64,000 nt of DNA from a virus (Duplodnaviria; Heunggongvirae; Uroviricota; Caudoviricetes): the IMG/VR virus record IMGVR_UViG_2795385714_000007. One strand, 5' to 3'. Numbering within the stretch: position 1 is the first letter of the stretch; every line of letters starts with the position of its first letter. Shown here one piece after another: positions 63,771 to 64,000 of this stretch. The position numbers were made by a program, and so were the translations under genes. Under the pieces are notes generated by a model, which ran no database searches, had not been told where the DNA came from, and saw only the letters and a list, made by a program, of their open reading frames with translations.

Positions 63771-64000
63771 GAGGCGGCCTGGGCGTAGTCGTTGAGGTCG
63801 CGGGTGGCCTGGCGTGCCTGTGCATATAGGCGGACGGCCTGGTGGTCGAGCAGGTAGGTCTTGCCGACGAGTCGGGCGGGGATGCGGCCGGACACGGCGA
63901 GTGCCTGGAGAGTCCGTTTGGAGACGTCATACAAGGTGGCGGCCTTGCTGACCGTGATCTCGTCGGAGGCGGTGCTCGACTCATCGGGGCGTGCGGGCAT
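63767..64000 (-). CDS. excisionase/MerR-type HTH DNA-binding protein
   Basis: ATLYDVSKRTLQALAVSGRIPARLVGKTYLLD; ATG at window edge. Confidence 0.5.
   Translation of the reverse strand: MPARPDESSTASDEITVSKAATLYDVSKRTLQALAVSGRIPARLVGKTYLLDHQAVRLYAQARQATRDLNDYAQAAS

Noticed and set aside
1-64000. Lysis cassette (endolysin, LysB, holin), attP core, cos ends
   Set aside because: No ORF in the window has recognisable amidase, glycosidase or esterase lysin motifs. The tail genes run off the left edge, so lysis genes probably lie beyond position 1. att and cos could not be identified from sequence alone.

Overview
High-GC (about 65-67%) actinobacteriophage-type genome segment, most likely a temperate siphovirus or prophage of a Mycobacterium/Gordonia-like host. 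Almost every gene is on the minus strand and reads right to left. Positions 1-21.7 kb hold a complete late structural module in canonical order: small terminase, large terminase, portal, HK97-type prohead protease, HK97-fold capsid, head-tail connectors, major tail protein, two tail assembly chaperones joined by a -1 frameshift, a 1569-aa tape measure protein with an NlpC/P60-like motif, and five minor tail proteins. Positions 21.7-64 kb form a long early/accessory region of small genes. It includes a ParB-domain/DNA methyltransferase fusion, a P-loop kinase-HNH fusion, a Ro60 (TROVE+vWA) orthologue directly preceded by a tandem array of about six circularly permuted tRNA-like (YrlA/Y-RNA-like) modules, and an opposite-strand island with a BrnT/BrnA-like toxin-antitoxin pair. 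It also holds a replication-initiator-like gene with an embedded 11-bp-phased iteron array, Gp37/Gp68, two DnaQ-like exonucleases, a MazG-like pyrophosphohydrolase, two tyrosine recombinases flanking a small HTH gene (one carrying 8-9 N-terminal zinc ribbons), a RecE/RecT-like pair, an SPFH/band-7 membrane protein, HNH nucleases, and several HTH regulators (KilAC-like, excisionase-like). No rRNA, no canonical tRNA and no CRISPR array were found. The most notable feature is the phage-borne Ro60 with a multi-copy YrlA-like ncRNA array. Coordinates for minus-strand CDS run from the stop (low end) to the first base of the start codon (high end). Many starts were moved inward from the ORF track to ATG/GTG/TTG codons that overlap the upstream stop (ATGA/GTGA coupling).
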